Assembly: GCA_965153285.1 (NCBI GenBank)
Contig: OZ229117.1
Source of the DNA: Podarcis tiliguerta
Lineage: Eukaryota
Length of the DNA stretch: 64,000 nt
Strand: one strand, 5' to 3'
The notes below the pieces were generated by a model that was given only the letters and a program-made list of their open reading frames with translations, searched no databases and was not told the origin of the DNA. The stretch's first letter is position 1. Every line of letters begins with the position of its first letter. Shown here in pieces: positions 14,701 through 24,875 of the stretch. The position numbers and the translations under genes are program-made.

Positions 14701-16689
14701 TGGCATAAATGATGCAATGAAATGTTGGTTAATGAGATGAATGCTCTGTGGCACCAGAATCCAAGCAGATAATCTGGATCAACTTTACTTGGCCCATCCC
14801 TTAACTGTTTGCCAAGTTTTCTCCCTCACCTTGGGGGAGGAAATCATATTTAAAGTTTGATTTGATTGACAAGAATTGCTCCTCCCCCAGAATTGCCTCG
14901 CTGGATTGTGCACCTGCTCTATGCAGCATACCTGTGGCCTGGATTGCTTCGGTTGATTGTGGGAGGAAGCTCCTAGGAGGGTAATTTCTTGGGTAGGAGT
15001 GTGAGCTATCTTTACATGGAAAGTGAATTGCACTCGCCCACTTCTACCCCCACCCATACAATCCGGGTTCAGTTGCTGCTTTTAATCACAACCTTGCAGG
15101 TTTTGTGGGGAGAAGATGCGTGAACGTGCTGTTGCAGATGAGGCAACTGCTTTTTGCTCTTTGGCCATGATTTCCAGATCGTATAATGAGGAAATCTGTG
15201 CTTTGTCAAGTGTTCACTGTGGGTTCCTCAAATCAAGGTAGACAATCTTCCTTGAATGAGTGTTTGCCCCAAGACTACCAGCAACTCCCTTCACCAGCCA
15301 CAGAGTATTGCAGGCTGTGCTTTTGGTTTCCAAGGAGAAGCCCAGGACACCTGGTATGAGCTGAGAATGATGCCCTCCTACATGACAAGGTGGGCAAAGT
15401 TCAATGTAGAAAAGCTTGAAAACTGTATGACTACAAGGAATTGGGACTATTGAGCATTAAGGATTCGAGGCCTCATTGAGGCAAAAGCCTGTGCAATGTT
15501 TCTCCTGCCAGCTCCTGCAGTGTTGCTAGAGCTAGAAACCTTCACCTTTGCTTGCTCTTGGTGCTTTGTTTCTGCAAATAGTCATGTTGCAGGGAAGCTA
15601 GATTGGCAGGGAGTGACTTGTTAAAAAGTGTTTGCATATGGTCAGAAGTGCTCCAGCCAGGGGCTCTTGCAGTAAAAACAAGTACGCTGTGAAGATCCAT
15701 GGCCCAAACTGAGCCTCAGGATGAGCCACTGCATGGCTGCTCTTTTCACTCCTTGGGGTGATGCTGCCCACATTTCACCCCACCTTTGGTGTGTGTGTGT
15801 GGCAGCAGCACGACCAAAATGTGCTGTGATTCATTAATGCAACCCCACCCTAGCCACAGCTAAAGTGGGAAGCTTGCTGCATTTCCTCTCCATCTGACCC
15901 CACTTACCTGTCTCCATTCATATTGCCCTGAAAATTTAAAGGAGGCATAGAGAAGAATCACAGCTTTTCATATGAGGCTTTACACTTTACTAACCGAGGC
16001 TCACTCTTCAGATGCTTTTCTTTGGAAGTGTACAGTACCATGAGGGCTGGTTGTGGGTGTCATGTGTGTGAGAAAGGCCCCCAAAAGAGGAACTCTTTTA
16101 TTCTTTGTTTCACAGGGCTTAATCCTATCATGTAGTTAGAAGCAGGTTATTTTGGGTCTTTGCTATGGCCCTCCTAAAATGGTGTGTTGCAAGGGAAATG
16201 TCAGACAAACGCCTTTGAAATCCAACTATGAAACTTTAGCCCCATTTGAAATATCCTAGCATACCTTTGTACAGATATTTCCACATAAAGACACATCTTG
16301 ACCCTGTCCTGCTGTTTTCTCACACGTGCACACCTGTGCTTTAAAAAAAATGGAAGTGAGGATGCTTTCATACACAGTGTTGTCAAAGCTGTAAGGTTGC
16401 AGGAGATTTAAATGACCTGCAACTCCTTAGCCAATTGCTGGATAGCAAATAAGAGCTAAGGAAGAGGGATGTACTCTGCACAGGTACCTCCCCTGCTCCA
16501 TCATATTAATAAGCTCATCTGCAAGTTATTTCCCCTGCCCTCTCCTGGAAAAACCCAAAGTCAGCAATTTAGAATAGTGGTTTTGTATGCCTAGGAGGAA
16601 GACAGTGGTGAGGTACTATCATTTCCACCCCCTAGTGAAAATTGCAGCTTTGAGAAGATTGTTTGCTCTGCACTCTGCACATGTTCAAG

Positions 16690-18480
16690 CGGCGCGTTCT
16701 CACGCTCCAACGAAACGTCTCTACCATCTTTGCGGCTCCAGTGTGCTACTCGAGGCAGAACCTTATATTTCTCTGGTTTGGGGGGCGGTTGTTTGCCGGA
16801 GAGAGGGTGGAGAGAGATTCGCTGGCAGTCGTGCGGCCGGTTGCTGATCGCAAGGCGTCTCTCCCCGCCCCCGCCCCTCCAAAAAGTCTTGGCCTCCGCG
16901 AACCGGAGTCAGCGGAGGGGCGCGCTGGAGGGAAGCAGGGCGCCGCTGCTCTTTGTCAAGGGATTTTGCGCTGCGACCCCCGCCCCAGGCGAAGGGGGCA
17001 GAGGAGGAGGGGGAGACCCAGACAAGGCGGGGGAGGGGTTGTTTCTCCCCTTGAACCAGCAAGATTCCTTTTCTCCCCCGTGGACCAGGCTCAGCGCCCA
17101 GCCGCGTTTCCCGCTGCTGAGCGGCCGGGTCCTTGACTGGCGGGGCTGGATTTCCGCGCCTCGATCCGCCCGTGCCCGTTGGCTTCGCCGAGCCCGCCTG
17201 GGGCTCACTAAGGCCGCCCCCATCCTACCTCCTCCCCGCTCCGCCTCGCCTCGCCTGCTGGTCCCCGCCTCCTTCCTCCCTCCCCTCTCTCCCTCCCCGC
17301 CACTCGGCGCGTCCCCTCCCCTCGGAGTTGGCAGCTCGGTGGCCCAGCCGGAATCTCGCAGCCGTTGGCGCTGAGGGCCGGAGCTCTCCTGCCGGAGTTG
17401 GGCTTCCCGGGAGGGGGGCGGACTGCTGCTTGGTCTCGCCCCGCCAGCCCTCCTCCAAGGGCGAGCAAGAGGAGCGGCCTGCCAGCCAGCCAGCCGTCGC
17501 GCGCTCTGCATCCCTCCATCCGAGCGAGCCTCGCCGCGCAGCCTTTTGTTCCCCCGGCAAGAAGTTTGTGCGCTGAGAAGGGCCGTGACAGCTGCAGCCC
17601 CGTTAGGGAGCACAGAAGAGGGGGCGGCGGCGGCGGCGGCTCCTGCTCCTGCTGCTCGCTTGACATGCAGCCCACGGCTCGGCTCGGCGGGGACGGCTGC
17701 CGGGGGAGGCGGGCCCCGCTCTTGCCGCCGCCGCGACGCACAAAAGGCTCCAACTAAACTTCCCTCCTGGAGAGCGAGCAAGCAAGCAAGCGGGGAGAGC
17801 TCCGTCTGCGCGGCCCGAGCATGGTAGGAGCCGAGAGCCGCCCGGCGAGGACACCGGCAGCCGGCTGTCCCGGCCCGTCCCCTGCGGGGGCGCCTCTGCT
17901 TCTGTCCGCCGGCTGCCGCCGCCCTTGAGCGAGGGAGGAACGCCGAGCAGACTTCGCCACGAGATTCCCAGACTGCACGGGGAGAGCTGCCCGCCTACCT
18001 TCCGGGGCCTTTGCTAGCGGTGCTGAACCAGCTATCCCGCCCGCCCGCCGAGGATGCTGGGCAGACTGGAGGCGCCCGACGTCGCCCGGCATGAAGAACT
18101 TCATGCGCTGGGACCGCGAGGGATCTCCGCCGCCGGGCGCAGTCCGAGCCAGCCGCGCCGCGCCGAGGGGCCGACGAAGCAGCCTCTGCAAAGCGCAGTT
18201 CTGCCCGGGCATGGAGGCGCGCAGGAGGCCGGGCCTTTGTTCCGCCAGGAGAGCGCGCTCTGCGGCCGCCTTCCCGAGAGCTGGCCTTTTCCTCGCCGCC
18301 GCCGCTGCTGAGCTTCCGACCGGGGCGCCCTCTGGAAGAGGCTTTGTCGGAGCGGGCTGGAAGACTTGCCTTAAGGAGAGCAGCCCTACCGAGCAACCGG
18401 AGGAGGCGGAGGGCTTGCAAATAGCGATCGGCAGAAACGGCTTTATGTGTTGGCCTTGGACTGCTAGCGTTTCCGCAGGA
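16690..18480. promoter_or_regulatory. CpG island; internal promoter and 5' UTR of the KIAA0754-type MACF1 transcript
   Basis: Abrupt switch to very GC- and CpG-rich sequence with GC boxes (CCCCGCCCC at 16863) and a (GGC)n run at ~17623-17640, directly upstream of the 18758 ATG. Flanks are CpG-depleted. Confidence 0.9.
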
Positions 18481-18757
18481 GCCATGGAATGCCTTGCCTC
18501 TTTGAAGGACTTCCACGGTGGAAGGTGACTTCTCTCTGGAAAGCTCTGTAACTTCTGTGGAATACAAAATTGTGGCCTCCCAAGTGGTTATTAGGGATTT
18601 TCAAAAGACACCTTGCTCCACCATAATCTATTTCATTTTGCTTTGAATGGAGAGCTTGTGAGGCAGGGGAGGTTTTTTGTTGTTGTTGTGGGACTCTTCT
18701 CTGCGGGGTCCCCCCCCATTCTATTCTGTTCTGTTTTCTTTTATTGTTTTGAAAAGT

Positions 18758-21700
18758 ATGGGCAAGCCACTCAGCAGGCCTGACTGTTTAAGGCAGAGTC
18801 CTGCTTGCTTGGGGAAAGGAGAGGATGAGGATGGGTATATAGAAGACTGTTACGTCCCTCAGAGGTCCATCTATGACACCATGAGGATAAATGAGCAAAT
18901 TGATCAGGGGTCCAAGACTAGCCAGCCTTCCAAGAGTACCCTTGAAAAAGGGGATGGCAGCACAATCTCTAGCAATGGAACTTTAGGGGCACCCAGTGTC
19001 TTTGAATCAAAGGCACCCGAGAGCAAAAAGTTAGACGAGAGGGTCATTTTTGATGCCTTGAAACTTAGTAGTGATGTTTCCAAGTCAGCACCGGCACCCC
19101 CAAGGCGGCGGCCAAATCCAGAGAAGAAGGAGAATGTCAACAGGCGGTCATGGAAGTCCTTTATGCCACCCAATTTCCCTGAGTTTGCTGAGAGAATTGA
19201 GGCCTCCTTGAGTGAAGTCTCAGAAGCTGGAATTTCTAGCCCATCCTTGCAAGAGAAGCAGGAGTCCACTGCCATGTTGGCAGAGAGCCCTAGGCAGTCC
19301 GACCAGGGGGAATGCATGTCAGAGCCGTTGACCCTGGAGCACATTCCCAAACTGACTGGAGTTCCAGAAATTCAGGAAGTGAAGCAGCTAAGTGAAGCCT
19401 TCTGTGAGTTGTCTCAGGATGAGTGCCAGCCTCTTCTGGGACCAGAGGACATGGTAGTTGACCTGACCGGCGGCAGGCGGCGGGACCACAGGCTCTCGAG
19501 CGCCACGTGGCCAAGGGTGATGAAAAATGCCATCAGAGCAGGCCTTGGCAGTGGGCATCATGACACCTTGGAGGCAGACAACACAGACTGCGTCATAGAA
19601 ACGGTGCCACTGTCTCCTTGCCTGAGTGAAGAGCTCCTGGACCCAGGAATGAGCATTCTCATCGCCCCCAACCTCCGGGAAAAGACTGAGTCGGAGCTGA
19701 GGTTTGAGGAGGATGAGCGATTGATCATGATGGAGGTTGGGGAGGAGTGGGAGGAAGGCTTGCTGTCAGGGAAGGCTGCTGAGAAAAGAAGTTGTTACTT
19801 GACAGATATTTCTGAAGAAAAGGAACAATTAAGTGTTCCAGCCGTGACAGTTACGGAAGCTGTAGAGAGTTTTGCTGGTGTCCAAGGGACCTCTAACCAC
19901 CCATCTCACTGGCAAGAGCTGTGGGATGACTCACAGCTGCGAGCTGTCAACTCTGCTCCCGTTCCCCAGGAAACGCACCAAGACTTAAACGCTACTCTTG
20001 AGGAGGAGGAGGAGGCTGGTGCCTGCAATGCTGAAGCTGAAGCCGAAGTGGAAGAGGAGGAATTTGCTTCTGGCCTAGAAGCCTGTGCCAGCTCTCTTGC
20101 CCCAGAGCAGTTCTCTGACACGGATTCTGTGCAGATGTTCCTTGAACTAGAAAAGCTTTGCATGCTCGAAGAAGGAGGGGATGGAGTGGCTCCAGGTGAT
20201 CTGGAGGTGCAGGATGCTAATCAGTGTTCAGAAGGGCTGGACATGCAGAAGGACATGGCGGGAGCCTCCCAGCCCTTGACTCACCTTGAAGTCAGCATGG
20301 CAGACTCTGCTGTGGTCTCAGATCTGGAGGACTTTGATGCCACATGTGGTTCTCAAGCAGTAAGTACAGCAGAAGCTACCCTTTCAGAGTGCTACTCTGA
20401 ACGGGAAACTTCTGGTGACTCTGAAAAGGTGACGTCTTCCAGTCCTCCGCTTGAAAAAGATGCTGTATCCCAACAATCACTCTCATCCTTAGTTAGTCAG
20501 ATAGAGGAGTATGGGGCAGAACTGTTGGCAGGTCATGACCCTGCAGAAAGCCAGAGGGTCAAAGGATTGTTGGACTTTGCCATGGGTGAACCTGTGGCTT
20601 CAGTTGATTTCCCTTGCTGTAGAGAACCACCTCCTTGCATCCATGTTCTTGCCATTGGCAGAGAAACTGAGCAGCAGCAAATGCAGCCTGCCATTTGCTA
20701 TGAAGCAAAGGAGGTATCCCCGAGCCATGATGAACTTGCCACAACTGCTGAGGAGCTGGACTCCCAACCAGATTTTGACTTGGCAAAAGAGATGGTGAGC
20801 GCTATGGGGAAAGAGCTGCAGGCTTGCGATGAGCTCAACCCATCAGAAAGGACTGACTTCTCCAACTGGGATGTCCCAGAGCTGGTTTCTGAGGATGAAG
20901 TTGCAGAACTGGATAAAGAAAACCTCCTTTGTGGGGGCCACGTTAGTGACATAGAGGATGTAGATAGTTCCTGGGTGCCTTCACAAAGTGAGTTTGTATT
21001 GCGGGACTCTGAGGAGCCTCTAAAACATGTAGGCTCCTCTGAGAACTTGAAGGCTGTGTGTCAACTTGAGCCTTTAACAAGGCTGCTGTGTGATGGAGAA
21101 GTGTCGGCGAGTGCAGCCCTTCTCCAGGAGGAAACACCAGAGGTAGTTGAGCAGGGAGCAGCAGCAGCAGCCAAAGGCAGCCCAGTGGAAGAGAAGAGAT
21201 ATTGCTTGGAACCTGGAGACTTGGAGTTCCTTTTTGGGCAGAGCAGGGACAGTGAGATAACAAAGGATGAGGAGTGTAGTGCCAAGTTTGTGTGTACCAA
21301 CTCACAAGCTTTTGTTGAAGATTTGTTTGCTGCACAGCCCAGTTCAGAAGACTTGACTGCCTCTTTTGGAGAGGAATCTGCTTCTGTCAGTCCCCTCCCT
21401 AGTGACAAGGCTCTTGATGCCCCTCCAGATAGCCCAGAGGAGCTTGCTGACCCCTTTCCTTCTGCTGGAGTGGGGCCTTCCATCACTGATGGTCCAGCAG
21501 CTATAACATGTTCCACCCTGCCTTTGCCATCCTCACTTGCTTCTACCCCAGAAGCAGAAGGGCCTGTTGTGGATGCTGCCTGCTTGTCCAGGTATAAAGA
21601 AGTTTGTGGTCAAGATGGTCTTCCAGGAGTCACTTCGGAGCCCAAAGCAGAGGACCTGATACCATTCTTACCAAATGCACAGGAGATGTCCTCTGCTTCT

Positions 21701-22117
21701 GTGCCATTCTCCTTGGAAAATATGCCTCTAAGTAGAGAGGAACAGCCTGCTCTGGAAGAGCTGGCCAATGCCACAATGCCCACCTCCACCAAGGAGCCTG
21801 TTCAGGTGGCCCAAGCGATTAAAGGCCTTGCCATCTCTATGCCATTGGGTGCAGATGGTGTGCCAGAGCCACCAGAAGTTGGTTTCTCTCTGGCACCTGG
21901 AGCAGTGTGGGATACAGTCTGCAGCACACCACAGCTGCCCTCTTCTGCAGCACCTGAAAGTGAAGAGGAGGAGCTGACCTCTGCTGTGCCAGACTCAGAA
22001 AGTACCTCCTTTTCTTCCCTCCTTGCTGAAGGGCCTCCTGCTGAAACGGATGGATTGGTTCCAGATAATGAGGTATTTGTTTCCCCTGGTCCCCACACGC
22101 TGCCATATCAGACATAA
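18758..22117 (+). CDS. KIAA0754: KIAA0754-type ORF (1119 aa, acidic, probably disordered); alternative first coding exon of MACF1 (18758-22072 if spliced)
   Basis: Strong Kozak context AGT-ATG-G. The N-terminus MGKPLSRPDCLRQSPACLGKGEDEDGYIEDCYVPQRSIYDTMRINEQIDQGSK and blocks such as RRSWKSFMPPNFPEFAERIEASLSEVSEAG and FSDTDSVQMFLELEK match recalled human KIAA0754 (MACF1 isoforms 6/7). In-frame donor GAG|GTATTT at 22072/22073. Confidence 0.92.
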   Translation: MGKPLSRPDCLRQSPACLGKGEDEDGYIEDCYVPQRSIYDTMRINEQIDQGSKTSQPSKSTLEKGDGSTISSNGTLGAPSVFESKAPESKKLDERVIFDALKLSSDVSKSAPAPPRRRPNPEKKENVNRRSWKSFMPPNFPEFAERIEASLSEVSEAGISSPSLQEKQESTAMLAESPRQSDQGECMSEPLTLEHIPKLTGVPEIQEVKQLSEAFCELSQDECQPLLGPEDMVVDLTGGRRRDHRLSSATWPRVMKNAIRAGLGSGHHDTLEADNTDCVIETVPLSPCLSEELLDPGMSILIAPNLREKTESELRFEEDERLIMMEVGEEWEEGLLSGKAAEKRSCYLTDISEEKEQLSVPAVTVTEAVESFAGVQGTSNHPSHWQELWDDSQLRAVNSAPVPQETHQDLNATLEEEEEAGACNAEAEAEVEEEEFASGLEACASSLAPEQFSDTDSVQMFLELEKLCMLEEGGDGVAPGDLEVQDANQCSEGLDMQKDMAGASQPLTHLEVSMADSAVVSDLEDFDATCGSQAVSTAEATLSECYSERETSGDSEKVTSSSPPLEKDAVSQQSLSSLVSQIEEYGAELLAGHDPAESQRVKGLLDFAMGEPVASVDFPCCREPPPCIHVLAIGRETEQQQMQPAICYEAKEVSPSHDELATTAEELDSQPDFDLAKEMVSAMGKELQACDELNPSERTDFSNWDVPELVSEDEVAELDKENLLCGGHVSDIEDVDSSWVPSQSEFVLRDSEEPLKHVGSSENLKAVCQLEPLTRLLCDGEVSASAALLQEETPEVVEQGAAAAAKGSPVEEKRYCLEPGDLEFLFGQSRDSEITKDEECSAKFVCTNSQAFVEDLFAAQPSSEDLTASFGEESASVSPLPSDKALDAPPDSPEELADPFPSAGVGPSITDGPAAITCSTLPLPSSLASTPEAEGPVVDAACLSRYKEVCGQDGLPGVTSEPKAEDLIPFLPNAQEMSSASVPFSLENMPLSREEQPALEELANATMPTSTKEPVQVAQAIKGLAISMPLGADGVPEPPEVGFSLAPGAVWDTVCSTPQLPSSAAPESEEEELTSAVPDSESTSFSSLLAEGPPAETDGLVPDNEVFVSPGPHTLPYQT

Positions 22118-23164
22118 AATTACTTTTTTTGTAGGAAGGGAGTTGGGGAGGAAGCGAGGAGTTAATCCATAGTTGACTGACTGATGTAATTTGGAGTACA
22201 AAGCATGCCTGACTTTTTCTCCCTTTTGTTAAAATTTGGGTTCTCCTTCCCTTTGAAAGGGGGTTACATTTTGTAGGCAGATTTAATGGTCTTGATAGAA
22301 ACAGTATTGGGTTGGTGGGTTTCTTTTTTTCTTTTTCTTTTCAGGTGTGGGGAGGGTTTCAAACAAGAACAAACCTGTCATTATCTTGCTTACGTAAAAA
22401 TATTCTTGCCACCACCAATGTCTTGAACTGACTTATTCAAGTAGCATTATGTTCATGCGCTTAGAAGCAAATTATACATTTTCTTCTGAAAGATTGTGAT
22501 TAAGTGTGGGTAGCTGCAGAGCTCATAGATGGGAAAATGTGTTGCTAAGAGGGAAATAGTATAAGGCAAATTCCAGCTAACAACATTACATAAATGATAA
22601 AAACCAACCAACTGCCTAGTCAAGGTTCTTTCAAATCCATAGAGAAGAAAAGAAGTTGCTGAAAACTTTTTATTTAAATCTCCAAGTAAAGAAGGGGTTT
22701 GGAAAAGAGAAGCTTTTGTGCCAAGTCTGTTTGCAGCACCAAACGTCTATAAAAGGGCATTGTTTTCTTTTGGATACTGATTTTGACAGTTGTCAACCAA
22801 GCTAAGCTAGTTTTTTGTACTTTTTAAACTGTCATGACGTTGGTTTTTCCCCCCTACCCCCCTGCCTAGGAACTTGGCTTGGTTGCAATTTCTCACGCTT
22901 TAGACAGTTGCACATTTGAAAAACAAGAAAAGCAGAAGTAGCCCGAGGCTTGAGAAGGGCTATGATGTAGTGTTCAATTCACATGTGGAAAACAGTCTCC
23001 AACTGTGGGCAGAAGGCTGAGTTTTTCTCAGTGAAAAAAATGCAGCACCCACAGCCAAGACTGCACAGCTCAGACCTGTAATTAGGAGGGGGGGGCAGGG
23101 GATGCCAAGCTAAGCCAAACTGACATGAATTATCGCTCTGGGTTTATTAGTCTGTCCAGCTGAG

Positions 23165-23200
23165 TCTGAGGAGAGAGAGCTATCTGAGGAGAGAGAGCTA
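23165..23200. repeat. 18-bp perfect tandem duplication (TCTGAGGAGAGAGAGCTA x2)
   Basis: Read directly from the sequence. Confidence 0.9.
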
Positions 23201-23882
23201 TTTGATAGAAAACATTATCAGTCCTATGGTGCCCAGAGTGGGAGATATTTGCTCAACACCCCAGGGTCAAAACAGCCAGGGAAGTATATGGAAGGTGCTC
23301 TTAGCTGTTGCCATGGTTGGTTCTACAGGGGAGAAGAGAAGCTATGAGGGGTTATGGGGCATTTCACACATTGCCAAACTGTTGTGCTGCTAGGTATGAG
23401 ATAGGATCTCCCACTTTTTAATATGGTGCAAAGCAGCTGTGAGCCCCCAAACTGGATGGTTGGAACTGCACTAGGGAGAGAGTGTTTAGCTGCTGCCACT
23501 TACTCGACCATCTCTTGTTTTCCTGATCTAATCCTCCATTCTCACTTTAGCTGTGTGATGATGGGGGAACGGGCAAGTACATTAGGCAAGAAGCCATGAC
23601 TTCTCCTGGCTTTCTGATTGGCGTGTCTGCATGATACATTTATTGCAAGTGTATGTGTGTTGCATTTGCACTTGGATAAAATATAAACCAGCTGTTAGGT
23701 AGGAGAAAAAGGTCAGCAGGTTTACCATGAAGAATGGGAACAGGATACTAGAAAAGAGTCTTGAGAGAAGCATCTTGTAAATGAAAGCCTGGTAGCATCA
23801 TTAGGAGGGCAGGGAAGCAGAGAATAACAAACAGATGAATTCTGTTTATTTTCCGGGTAATTCTGCAGGACTTGCTTCCAAA

Positions 23883-24098
23883 TTCATTCATTCATTCATT
23901 ACATTTATATCCCACCTTTCTTCAGGAAGCTCAATATGGCCTACAAGCTTCTCCCCATTTCTTAATCACAACAACCCTGTGAGGTGGGTTAGACTGAGAG
24001 TGAGTGGCTGGCCCAAGACCACACCCAGTGAGCATCATGGCTGAGTGGGGATTTGAAGCCTGATTTCCCAGCACTCTAACCACTACACCACACTGACT
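23883..24098 (-). mobile_element. tRNA-derived MIR/CORE-like SINE
   Basis: Reverse complement of the same family (caacaaccctgtgaggtgggttag ... ctaaccactacacca) with a (TGAA)n tail. Confidence 0.75.
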
Positions 24099-24774
24099 CC
24101 TGTGAATAGGAACACGGACTGGCATTCTCCACCCCAAACACACACACATTTAGTTTCTCTATTGGGCTAACCCAAATGTCACAAAATGGTACAGAAGCTT
24201 TTAAGTTCGCCAAAACTTTTCATTGGTCTAGATGGGAAGAAGGTACTTTTGTCAAGCCATCCACTTCTGCATCTGGTAAGAGTCTTAAGATGAAGAGGGG
24301 GAAGAGGTAGACCCCCCCTTTTCTCCCCTCACATATTTACTGTCTAAAAATGGCCCTTCCCAGTGTAGCACCATCCAGATTTTTTGAACTACAGTTTGGC
24401 TGTGCTGACTGAGGCTGACGTGAGTTGTAGGTCAGTGTGTCTTGAAGGCGCCATGTTGGGGAAGGCTGGTGTGAGGAAAAGGGCCACATGCTGGCCCTCC
24501 TACTGCAAGGCAGTTAGTGTCTGTCCTCCCTTTTCTTTTGCCCTCCAGTCTTTCCTCCTCCTGCTGCTTTTGCTTCTCTGAATCAGGGAAAGGTTTGCGC
24601 CTTTGTCCAAGTGAGAGCTAGCCAGCCAGCGCTCTGGCATCCTCTCCGCGTTCTGTATTTGAAGCTCTAAGCTATGCTTCCAAGTATTTTCTGCCGAGGC
24701 GGTTGTTAAGGCTGGGTTTTGCGTTTTTAAGCCTCCCCCACTAAACCTGTCTCTGGTTTCTGGATCATTCCCAC

Positions 24775-24875
24775 CCAAATATGGCAGCTGTTCCTGATTG
24801 CGGGTGGGGGTGGGGATTTTGCTTGAACAGAGTGAAATGCTTTGGAGTCCTCTCCTGTGTTCGTTTTAAAAATAA
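24775..24875. promoter_or_regulatory. Candidate muscle-type enhancer (CArG + E-box + MEF2)
   Basis: CCAAATATGG at 24775-24784, CAGCTG at 24785-24790 and TTAAAAATAA at 24866-24875, in locally CpG-retaining sequence. Confidence 0.5.

Noticed and set aside
16587-18567. Many long overlapping ORFs on both strands (e.g. 290 aa at 16909-17781 minus, 243 aa at 17754-18485 minus)
   Set aside because: Expected stop-codon depletion in a GC-rich CpG island. The translations are low-complexity R/A/G/P with no recognisable family.
18677-18757. ORF-track start at 18677 for the 1146-aa ORF
   Set aside because: Non-ATG start inside a pyrimidine tract. The recognisable N-terminus and strong Kozak ATG are at 18758.
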